NCBI GenBank assembly: GCA_039919785.1
Contig: JBDSFA010000292.1
Location: forward strand, 1-36,789
Reading direction: 5' to 3'
DNA: 36,789 bases
DNA from: Dokdonella sp.
GTDB taxonomy: Bacteria > Pseudomonadota > Gammaproteobacteria > Xanthomonadales > Rhodanobacteraceae
Below the pieces are notes generated by a model. The model saw only the letters and a program-made list of their open reading frames with translations, was not told the origin of the DNA and did no database searches. Positions 29,368-36,789 of the stretch are shown piece by piece. Within the stretch, counting starts at the first letter, position 1. Each line of letters begins with the position of its first letter. Position numbers and translations under genes: made by a program.

Positions 29368-30609
29368 TCAGTGGCCGGGCGTCTCTGGCGTCCTCACCGG
29401 CACCTTCGCAGCACTCTGCGCAGGCTTCTTTTCTTCCAGCGGTTTCAACAGATCGTCGAGCGACTTGTTGATGTTCGCGTACTTGTACGCAGGCAACACG
29501 TAAGTCCAGCTGCCAAAATGAGCGTTGAGCTCAGCGACTTCCTTGTTGAGCAGCGCGAGTCGATCCGCCCGATCCTTGACCGGATCGCTGACAGCTAGCG
29601 GCTTGATCGGCTCATCGACGACTTTGGCATCCTTCGCCGTCTCCGGCTTCGTTGCAATAGCAGTCTCGAAATCGGACTTCGCTTTAGCCTGGGCAGCAGC
29701 GATGCCCTTCCCGGCCTGTGCGGTATCGAGCGATGCGACAAATTGTGCGTAGTCCTTGCCGTCCTTTTCCCACGCGGTCGTGTCGACCACAAGACCATCG
29801 AACATCGCGTAACGCGCCTTCGAGGCCTTGTCATCCGGCATCGCATCCTTTGCCGCCACGACATCGTCGAAGCGCAGACCGGCCAAGGTAGAGGCCAAAC
29901 CGTTGAGCGCAAATTCCGCGCCGGCCTCGCGCCCTTTTGGAACCTCGGCAAGTTTGAAGTTCGCGTCAGCTTCGGCGTCCTTGGCGACGCGCACGACCTT
30001 GCCATCCGCATGCGTGATCGCGACCGACGCGACGCGGGTAGCGGCAATATCGACGAGGTCCTTCTTCAACCAGTCCGCCGCATTTTTTTCGACCGTCAAC
30101 GCACCCGAGGCGAGCCAACTCTGCGCATCACCGACACGCCGTACGAATGTACCGCCGCTACGCGGGTTGGTGCTGCCGACGATGAACTTGAGCGGCTGCG
30201 CGAGGCCATCCAACTCGACCTCCAGGCCTTTCGCGTCTTTCGCATCGACGTCGTCCACACCGAGTGTTGCGTACTTGTCCTTGTTCGCAGTCTTCGCTTC
30301 GACATTCTTCGCATCGGCAAGCTTGAGCAGGAATTCGCGCAGCTTGCCTGTCTCGACCGCGTAACCACCTTTTTCCTTCAGGCTCCATCCCTTGGCATCG
30401 CGCTCCAGTGTAGCCAACGTCTTGCTTTCGGCACCGGTCACCACGACCCTGCTGACATCGTTGACGTGATCGCGCAGTTCCGGCACGAAATAGGTCGACG
30501 TTTCACCACCGCTTTCGCTACGCGGCGTATTCGCGTGATTGAGAACAATCGCCGCGACAATCGCAATCAGAGTGGCGACTGCGAGGCCGATCAAGGTCTT
30601 CTGGTTCAT
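29368..30609 (-). CDS. DUF4340 domain protein
   Basis: N-terminal TM; W...GGYAV, Y..LGV, FIVG, TFVRR, W.KKDL motifs; last gene of the Gld-like ABC operon (ATGA overlap). Confidence 0.85.
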   Translation of the reverse strand: MNQKTLIGLAVATLIAIVAAIVLNHANTPRSESGGETSTYFVPELRDHVNDVSRVVVTGAESKTLATLERDAKGWSLKEKGGYAVETGKLREFLLKLADAKNVEAKTANKDKYATLGVDDVDAKDAKGLEVELDGLAQPLKFIVGSTNPRSGGTFVRRVGDAQSWLASGALTVEKNAADWLKKDLVDIAATRVASVAITHADGKVVRVAKDAEADANFKLAEVPKGREAGAEFALNGLASTLAGLRFDDVVAAKDAMPDDKASKARYAMFDGLVVDTTAWEKDGKDYAQFVASLDTAQAGKGIAAAQAKAKSDFETAIATKPETAKDAKVVDEPIKPLAVSDPVKDRADRLALLNKEVAELNAHFGSWTYVLPAYKYANINKSLDDLLKPLEEKKPAQSAAKVPVRTPETPGH

Positions 30610-32486
30610 GCGTGGCCTCCCTGTGCCGCGCGGCGACGCTGCCTGCGCCACCAGGCGAATGCGAGTGCTGCGAGCGTGAGCAGCAGCGGTATCAGGACAA
30701 TATTGATGAGCTTGAGCCTGGTGCCGAGCGATTCGATCTCGGCGTCTAGCTGACGTCGCACCTGACGCAACTCCTTGCGGATTTCGAGCTTGCGCTTGAG
30801 GAAGTTGTCCAGCTCGGATTTCTGCTCTGGCGACAGGATCTGCGCCTGATCCTTCGCCTTCGCGCCCTGCAGCTCGGTCAGCTTGCGCTCGGTGTCGGAC
30901 AGTTCCTTTTGCAGTTCCTGTTCTTTCGCGCGGAAACGTTCGTCGGCGGTGCGCTTGAGCGCATCAACGGTGGTGAACGGACGCTGCGAAGTGGCGCGAC
31001 CACGGATCGAGATCAGGTCGCTGGAGCCCGCCATGTTGTCGAGCGCATTCACCGCGAAGTCGCCGTTGTTCGCGAAAGCATTCATGATCTTCTGCCCGAA
31101 GAACGGACGGATCTGAACCCACAGGCGATCGCTGAGGATGTCGGTGTCGGCGACCAGCACGATCTGTCCATTCGCATCCTTCGATTCACTCAACGCGCCG
31201 GCGTCCTTGCGTTCCGGGAATGCCGTCTTGAACTTGCCGGTAAGACGAGCGGCAATTGCAAAAGGCGCACCGGCGGGCTTGTAGCCTGCCAAAAGCGAGG
31301 TCGGATCCTGCAGCATGCGCAGGCGATCGCTGCCCACGGCCGACGCATCCGACGTGCTCTGGATCAGCGGCGTGAGCTTGACGTCCTTCGCGTCCTTGGC
31401 GAGGTCGAAGAAACCGGCCGTCCAGACATTGATACTTTCCAGATTCGCGGTGACGACGTCATCGTGATTGAGCTCAGCCTGGGTCAGCCCAAGGATGCCC
31501 GGATGCCGCACCGGCGGCTGGCCTTCGCCCGCGCTGATCGGCGCTGCTCGCGCACGATCGATCACGACCTTGTGCGGGTCGTACTCGACTCCCCAGGCCT
31601 TGAACAGCTTCGGCAGATCCGAGGACTTGTCGGCCATCATCGCCGCCATCGGATTGTTCGGGTCGCCGCTGGCCTGCTCCATGTCGGCGTCGGGGTCGAC
31701 AAACGCAAGCAGGTGTCCGCCGCGCAAGACGAACTGGTCGATCGCGTATTGGGCATCGTCGCTGAGCTGCTTCGGCTGCACCACCACGAGCACGTCGATG
31801 TCCTTGTCGATCGTCTTCAGCGTTGCCGAATCGAGTTTGCGCAGGTCGAACATCTGCGCCCATTGCTGATCAACCGCCCACGCTTCGCGCATCTGCCGTG
31901 TGGCAGGGTCGAAATCAGCCGCGATCGGCAGGCTGGACAGCAGGCCGACCACAGGTTTCTTTGGCGTCTGCAGCTCATGAATCAACTTGGCGACGTCGTA
32001 TTCGAGAAAGGCTTCCTTGTCCGGTTGCAGGAACGGGATCACCGATTGCCCATTGGTCGAGTTGGTGCCGGCAAGGCCGAAGAACACCTTGTCGCCAGCC
32101 GCCGTCACCGGCACCGACTGCAGACCGAAGCTTGTCGCACGATCCTCGTCTTCGGAGAACGGCAACGGATCGATGACTTCGAGCTTGAGCTTGCCACCCG
32201 AGCGCGATGCCATCTCACCGAGCATTTCACGCACCTGGGTGAAATAGGTGCGCAGCTGAGGCAGGTCCTGCGTGCCCTTGTCCGAATAGAACAGGTACAG
32301 GTTGATGGGCTCGTCGATGGATTTGAGAATGTTCTTCGTGCCGCTCGACAAGGTGTACAGCCGACCTTGCGTCAGGTCCGCACGCGCGCCGCGGAACACG
32401 ACGTTGACCAGCAGCATGACCGCCACGAACAACACGGCCAGCACCAGCAGTGCGGTACCCGAAAGGGCTTTGCGATTGAGTGTCAT
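30606..32486 (-). CDS. GldG-family (ABC-type uncharacterised transport, GIFT domain) protein
   Basis: RADLTQGRLYTLSSGTK, FLEYDVAKLIH, YAIDQFVLRGG, VLVADTDILSD, NNGDF..NALD; coiled coil and C-terminal TM. Confidence 0.9.
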   Translation of the reverse strand: MTLNRKALSGTALLVLAVLFVAVMLLVNVVFRGARADLTQGRLYTLSSGTKNILKSIDEPINLYLFYSDKGTQDLPQLRTYFTQVREMLGEMASRSGGKLKLEVIDPLPFSEDEDRATSFGLQSVPVTAAGDKVFFGLAGTNSTNGQSVIPFLQPDKEAFLEYDVAKLIHELQTPKKPVVGLLSSLPIAADFDPATRQMREAWAVDQQWAQMFDLRKLDSATLKTIDKDIDVLVVVQPKQLSDDAQYAIDQFVLRGGHLLAFVDPDADMEQASGDPNNPMAAMMADKSSDLPKLFKAWGVEYDPHKVVIDRARAAPISAGEGQPPVRHPGILGLTQAELNHDDVVTANLESINVWTAGFFDLAKDAKDVKLTPLIQSTSDASAVGSDRLRMLQDPTSLLAGYKPAGAPFAIAARLTGKFKTAFPERKDAGALSESKDANGQIVLVADTDILSDRLWVQIRPFFGQKIMNAFANNGDFAVNALDNMAGSSDLISIRGRATSQRPFTTVDALKRTADERFRAKEQELQKELSDTERKLTELQGAKAKDQAQILSPEQKSELDNFLKRKLEIRKELRQVRRQLDAEIESLGTRLKLINIVLIPLLLTLAALAFAWWRRQRRRAAQGGHA

Positions 32487-32498
32487 CGGGGTCCCTCC

Positions 32499-33233
32499 TC
32501 AGGTTGCTTTCTTGAGATCGATAACCACGACGGTCGCGTACAGCCATGCGCCGATCATCAACAGGAAATAAATCAGGTCGCGCAGGTCGATGACCCCTTT
32601 GCTGATCGACGAGAAATGCGTGAGGAAACTCAGGCCCGCAACCGCGTCGACCACGCCCTGCGGTGCGATCGCGCGAAAGAAGTCGAGTACCAGCGGAAAA
32701 CCTGCAAGCAGCAGCAGGAAGCAGATCACGACGGTCAGGATGAATGCGACAACCTGGTTGCGCGTCGACGCCGAGATACACGAGCCAATCGCGAGAAAGG
32801 CACCGCCCATCAGCAATGAGCCGAGATAGCTTGCGAAGATCACGCCATTGTCGGGGCTGCCGAGATAGTTGACGGTCAACCAGATCGGAAAGGTAAACAG
32901 CAGCGAAATCGCGATGAATGCCCACGCCGCAAGGAATTTGCCGAACACTGCCTGCCACATCGTGACCGGCAAGGTGAGCAGCAGTTCGATCGTGCCGCTC
33001 TTGCGTTCCTCGGCCCATAGTCGCATCGAAACCGCCGGCACCAGGAACAGGTACAGCCACGGATGGAAGTTGAAGAAGGGCTGCAGATCAGCCTGGCCGC
33101 GCTCGTAGAAATTGCCGAGATAGAACGTGAATGCGCCCGAGAGCAGCAGGAAAATCACGATAAAGACGTACGCGACCGGGGTCGCGAAATAGCTGCGCAA
33201 TTCGCGCTTGAAGATGGTGACGGCGCCGCTCAT
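32499..33233 (-). CDS. ABC-2 permease, GldF-like
   Basis: RELRSYFATPVAY, MRLWAEERKSGTIELLLTLP, HFSSISKGVIDLRD. Confidence 0.92.
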   Translation of the reverse strand: MSGAVTIFKRELRSYFATPVAYVFIVIFLLLSGAFTFYLGNFYERGQADLQPFFNFHPWLYLFLVPAVSMRLWAEERKSGTIELLLTLPVTMWQAVFGKFLAAWAFIAISLLFTFPIWLTVNYLGSPDNGVIFASYLGSLLMGGAFLAIGSCISASTRNQVVAFILTVVICFLLLLAGFPLVLDFFRAIAPQGVVDAVAGLSFLTHFSSISKGVIDLRDLIYFLLMIGAWLYATVVVIDLKKAT

Positions 33234-34171
33234 GTTCGCGCCTCCTTGCCAGCCGCGCCCTGGGTAATCGTACGGAACACTTCGTCGAGCCGCCCTGGTT
33301 CGAGCGCAAGTTCACTGACGATGACACCCTGTGCCTTCAACGCATCGCCGACAGCCACGAAGATCGAGCGGCCCGGCTTCGGGAATGCGGTGATGCGACC
33401 GTCCTGCGGATCGACTTCGATGCTCGCCACGTCCGCGACTTTCGCCAACGCGTCCCGCGCTTCCTTCACGTTCGGGGCGGTCAGTGAAACTGCCTGGTGG
33501 TAGCGCGAGCGGGCTTCAAGTTCGGCCGGTGTCGCGTCGGCGAGAATGCGCCCGCCGGCGATGATGATCGCGCGATCGCAGACGGCATGGACTTCTTCCA
33601 GCATGTGCGTCGAGATGATGATGGTCTTGTCGCGCGCCATCGAATTGATCAACGTGCGCACTTCCTGTTTCTGGTTCGGGTCGAGGCCGTCCGTCGGCTC
33701 GTCGAGGATCAGCACCTTCGGATCGTGCAGGATTGCACCCGCAAGGCCCACGCGACGCTTGAAGCCCTTTGACAAAGTGTCGATCGGTTGTTCGAGCACG
33801 CGATCCAGATGCAGGCGCTCGACCGCATCATCGAGGCGTTTTTCGCGCAGGTCGCCTTTCAACTCACGCACGTCGGCGATGAAGTCGAGGAACTCGCGCA
33901 CGCTCATTTCGCCATAGCTGGGCGCACCCTCGGGCAGATAGCCGAGTGCGCGTTTCGCCTCCAGCGGTTGCGTCTCGATATCGAAGCCCGCAACGGTCGC
34001 GCCGCCTGACGTGGGACTGAGGAAGCCTGCCAGCATCTTCATCGTGGTCGACTTGCCGGCGCCGTTGGGGCCGAGGAAGCCGAGCACTTGGCCGGGCTCG
34101 ACTTTGAAAGTGATCGCGTCGACGGCCGTGAAGTCGCCGTAGCGTTTGGTGATCTGTCGTGTTTCGATCAT
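33230..34171 (-). CDS. ABC ATP-binding protein, GldA-like
   Basis: Walker A GPNGAGKST, signature LSKGFKRR (GldA-type), ILDEPTDGLDPNQ, H-loop ISTH. Confidence 0.93.
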   Translation of the reverse strand: MIETRQITKRYGDFTAVDAITFKVEPGQVLGFLGPNGAGKSTTMKMLAGFLSPTSGGATVAGFDIETQPLEAKRALGYLPEGAPSYGEMSVREFLDFIADVRELKGDLREKRLDDAVERLHLDRVLEQPIDTLSKGFKRRVGLAGAILHDPKVLILDEPTDGLDPNQKQEVRTLINSMARDKTIIISTHMLEEVHAVCDRAIIIAGGRILADATPAELEARSRYHQAVSLTAPNVKEARDALAKVADVASIEVDPQDGRITAFPKPGRSIFVAVGDALKAQGVIVSELALEPGRLDEVFRTITQGAAGKEART

Positions 34172-34405
34172 CGTCGTCTATGCACCTTCTTGAAATGCAT
34201 GAAATCCCGCCGGCGCTGGCCGTACGGGCTGATAGCTTGCGTTGGTGAGCGCTCGGGTTCCGCACAACGGTGCCGATCGGCTGATGCCGCCAGCTGTTCC
34301 GCGTCGGCGAGGAATTCTCGAAGCGTCAGAGAGACTACCGCAAAGTTCACCGAAAGTTCCCCATCATCGGCCTGTCGGTTTCATCCGCGGTGCGGTTGCC
34401 TGCTG

Positions 34406-34538
34406 AAAACACCAACCCCAGATCCTCCGGCCCTCGGGCGCAGCCTTCGGACCGGGGCAGTGCGGTGGGGATGGTTTCGCTCGGTGCAAGTCCACGCCAG
34501 AGCATCGCGCCTGAAGCCGCTCCCACAGACAGTTGCTC
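34406..34538 (+). repeat. Composite BoxC-tail plus REP element with an upstream hairpin
   Basis: 34464-34538 matches 399-473 at 68/75 nt, including the non-palindromic spacer. AAAACACCAACCCCA at 34406 can pair with TGGGGATGGTTT, enclosing a GC hairpin. Confidence 0.85.
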
Positions 34539-35366
34539 TCAAAACTTCAGGGGTGCTGGATACTGGCGCCCGGCACGTAGGGGACGAAAGCACGGCGCAT
34601 CGCGATAGAACGCAGCCGTCGCATTGTCGTTGTGCCAGCCCGGAATGCCGGCCAGCGGCAACGGCCGCGACTCCTGTGGGTCGGCCAGCAGCGCGCCCGA
34701 CTGGATCGAGTGCGCAATCACCGCTTCCGCTGTAGGCCAACTGCGCACGATGCTGCCATCGCTTTCACAACGGCCCGCCAGCGCCGACGCAGGCACCTGC
34801 ACGACCACGGCTTTTGCTGTAGACAGCGGATTTCCGTTCCACGCATGTTCGATGAGAGCGTGGCCAAACACCGTCAACGCAATGCGATCACCCCAAGCCG
34901 CACGTTCGTGCAGGAACAGCCCCGCCCAGTCATGCGCATCCCACACCGGCAGCAGCTCCGGTGCGGCCAGCCAGACGATGACGCCAGCCTCGTCGAAATG
35001 TGTCATTGCGCACTGCCCGCGCGTACGCTGCTTGGGCCCGACCACGCGGATATCCGCCACTTGACGCGCATTCAACGCGCGCTTCAGTTGCGGATGGCGC
35101 AACCAGATCAGAGCGTTGAACAGGTCATGCGCATTGCATTCGCGCGTTGCCAGCACATTGCGTTCGAAGATGCGCTCCTCATAGTGCAGGCCATCAGCCA
35201 GCAAGCGCAGATCCTGAGCCAGGAACGCAGGCCGGTCGAAGTGATCGCGCGCTTCGACGCGGCCTCGCTCGCGTTCGAGCCGCGCAACGGTCGAGGTATT
35301 CGCACCCGCAATGAGATCCGACTGATCGACCCATGCCTGCAGCAATGGATGCAGCGAATCCGTCAC
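34539..35366 (-). CDS. DUF3025 family protein
   Basis: LHYEERI..TR..NAHDLFNALIW..HP.LK.ALN, THFDEAG, VFGHALIE, PLPLAGIPGW, FRPLR. GTG 35366 follows a GGGAG RBS; the start could be further upstream (ORF open to 35462). Confidence 0.85.
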   Translation of the reverse strand: MTDSLHPLLQAWVDQSDLIAGANTSTVARLERERGRVEARDHFDRPAFLAQDLRLLADGLHYEERIFERNVLATRECNAHDLFNALIWLRHPQLKRALNARQVADIRVVGPKQRTRGQCAMTHFDEAGVIVWLAAPELLPVWDAHDWAGLFLHERAAWGDRIALTVFGHALIEHAWNGNPLSTAKAVVVQVPASALAGRCESDGSIVRSWPTAEAVIAHSIQSGALLADPQESRPLPLAGIPGWHNDNATAAFYRDAPCFRPLRAGRQYPAPLKF

Positions 35367-35377
35367 CGACTCACTCC

Positions 35378-35443
35378 CGCAGCGCCGGAATCGAAGGACG
35401 CGGTTTGGATGACGCCCTTCGGCTTCGCGCCTTCGGCGCTGCG
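35378..35443. repeat. Degenerate REP-related inverted repeat between rimO and DUF3025
   Basis: CGCAGCGCCG...CGGCGCTGCG arms; the right arm reverse complement CGCAGCGCCGAAGGCGCGA resembles the REP core GAGCGCCGGAAGGCGCGA. Confidence 0.5.
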
Positions 35444-35476
35444 TCCTGGACAAGGGGATCACTATCGCTCACAGCG

Positions 35477-36789
35477 TCAGGCCACGAGCCGCCCTATCAA
35501 GTCGTGCTCGTCGGCGTGAATGATCTCGACATCCACGAACTGCCCCGGCTTGAGCTTCTGACCATTGTCGATGCGCACGATGCCGTCAATTTCGGGCGCG
35601 TCGGACTTCGAACGCGCTACCGCACCGTCTTCATCGACCTCGTCAACCAGCACTTGCTGGCGCGTCCCGATTTTGCGGCCTAGGCGGGCGGCCGATATCT
35701 CTGCCTGTACTTCCATGAAGCGCTCCAGGCGTTCTTCCTTGATCGCTTCGGGCACCGGATCGGGCAGCGCATTCGCCTTCGCGCCATCCACCGGCGAATA
35801 CGCAAACGCTCCCACGCGATCAAGCTCCGCCTCGCGCAGGAAATCCAGCAGTTCCTCAAACTCGGCCTCAGTTTCGCCGGGAAAACCGACGATGAATGTG
35901 CTGCGGATCGTGAGGTCGGGACAGATCGAGCGCCAGTTCTGAATTCGTTGCAGGGTCTTGTCGACGGCGCCGGGACGCTTCATCAACTTGAGGATCCGCG
36001 GGCTCGCGTGCTGAAACGGAATATCCAGATACGGAAGGATCTTGCCGTCGGCCATCAGCGGAATCACGTCATCGACGTGCGGGTACGGGTAGACATAGTG
36101 CAGGCGCGTCCACACGCCGAGTTCGGCAAGGCCCTCGCACAAGCCGTTCATGCGCGTCTGATACTCGTTTCCGCGCCAGTTGCGCGAAGAATATTTCACG
36201 TCAACGCCATACGCGCTGGTGTCCTGAGACACCACCAGCAGTTCCTTCACGCCACCCTTGACCAGCTTTTCCGCTTCGATCAGTACTTCGTCGACAGGTC
36301 GCGAGACGAGGTCGCCGCGCATCGATGGAATGATGCAGAACGTGCAACGGTGGTTGCAGCCTTCGGAGATCTTCAAATAGGCATAGTGCTTCGGTGTCAG
36401 CTTGACGCCTTGCGGCGGCACCAGGTCTAGGAATGGGTCGTGCTTCGGCGGCAACGCCTTGTGTACCGCGTTCATCACGCTGACATAGTCCTGCGGACCC
36501 GAGATGGACAACACGTCCGGGTGCGCTTCGCGGATCAGCTCGGCGCGTTTGCCAAGACATCCGGTGACGATGACCTTGCCGTTCTCTTCCAGCGCTTCGC
36601 CGATCGCGTCGAGCGACTCGGTCACCGCCGCATCGATGAAACCACAGGTGTTGACAACGACGATGTCGGCCGCGCTGTAGCTCGGCACGATGTCGTAGCC
36701 CTCGACACGCAGCTGGGTGAGGATGCGTTCGGAATCGACGAGGGCCTTGGGGCAGCCGAGGCTGACGAAACCGACCTTGGGATTGCGGC
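35477..36789 (-). CDS. rimO: Ribosomal protein S12 methylthiotransferase (5' end just outside the window)
   Basis: [24 protein letters not shown], radical-SAM [27 protein letters not shown]-domain DAPEIDG. Confidence 0.96.
   Translation of the reverse strand, partial: RNPKVGFVSLGCPKALVDSERILTQLRVEGYDIVPSYSAADIVVVNTCGFIDAAVTESLDAIGEALEENGKVIVTGCLGKRAELIREAHPDVLSISGPQDYVSVMNAVHKALPPKHDPFLDLVPPQGVKLTPKHYAYLKISEGCNHRCTFCIIPSMRGDLVSRPVDEVLIEAEKLVKGGVKELLVVSQDTSAYGVDVKYSSRNWRGNEYQTRMNGLCEGLAELGVWTRLHYVYPYPHVDDVIPLMADGKILPYLDIPFQHASPRILKLMKRPGAVDKTLQRIQNWRSICPDLTIRSTFIVGFPGETEAEFEELLDFLREAELDRVGAFAYSPVDGAKANALPDPVPEAIKEERLERFMEVQAEISAARLGRKIGTRQQVLVDEVDEDGAVARSKSDAPEIDGIVRIDNGQKLKPGQFVDVEIIHADEHDLIGRLVA

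Noticed and set aside
30909-32819. 636-aa plus-strand ORF
   Set aside because: Antisense shadow of the GldG/GldF-like genes.
34326-34360. Canonical sigmaE/AlgU promoter
   Set aside because: GAACTT-to-TCTGA spacing is 12 or 23 nt, not 16-17.

Overview
GC-rich bacterial chromosome segment. Gene content and REP style suggest Xanthomonadales/Rhodanobacteraceae, Dokdonella-like (inference). It holds about 36 CDS, mostly housekeeping and envelope genes: fsr-like MFS (partial), hutG, a secreted subtilase, feoAB plus a Cys-rich partner under a Fur box, and leucine-catabolic liuC/liuD/liuE interleaved with VOC, TPR-sulfotransferase, ABM and lipoprotein genes. These are followed by a cyanophycinase-like gene, GNAT, DUF1800-DUF1501, a Met-rich secreted protein, SDR, efpL/yeiP, purT, a transglutaminase-like protein, an M64 peptidase, an SPFH-RHH-CPBP operon, DUF3887, a VanY-type carboxypeptidase, DUF423, a GldAFG-like ABC operon with DUF4340, DUF3025 and rimO (partial). 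I saw no rRNA, tRNA, CRISPR, transposase or prophage. Most notable observations: (1) a modular composite repeat (REP hairpin plus a BoxC-like, G-quadruplex-capable module) occurs intergenically, and each module has also inserted in frame into a core protein (FeoB, LiuD); (2) a D-x-I-[FY]-x-N-[GD]-[FL]-[DE] peptide is shared by three unrelated exported proteins, at the C-terminus of two and the mature N-terminus of one; (3) the otherwise intact subtilase has a single in-frame UGA where a disulfide Cys is expected; (4) the cyanophycinase homologue has lost all three catalytic residues. All family calls come from motif recognition by eye; no searches were run.
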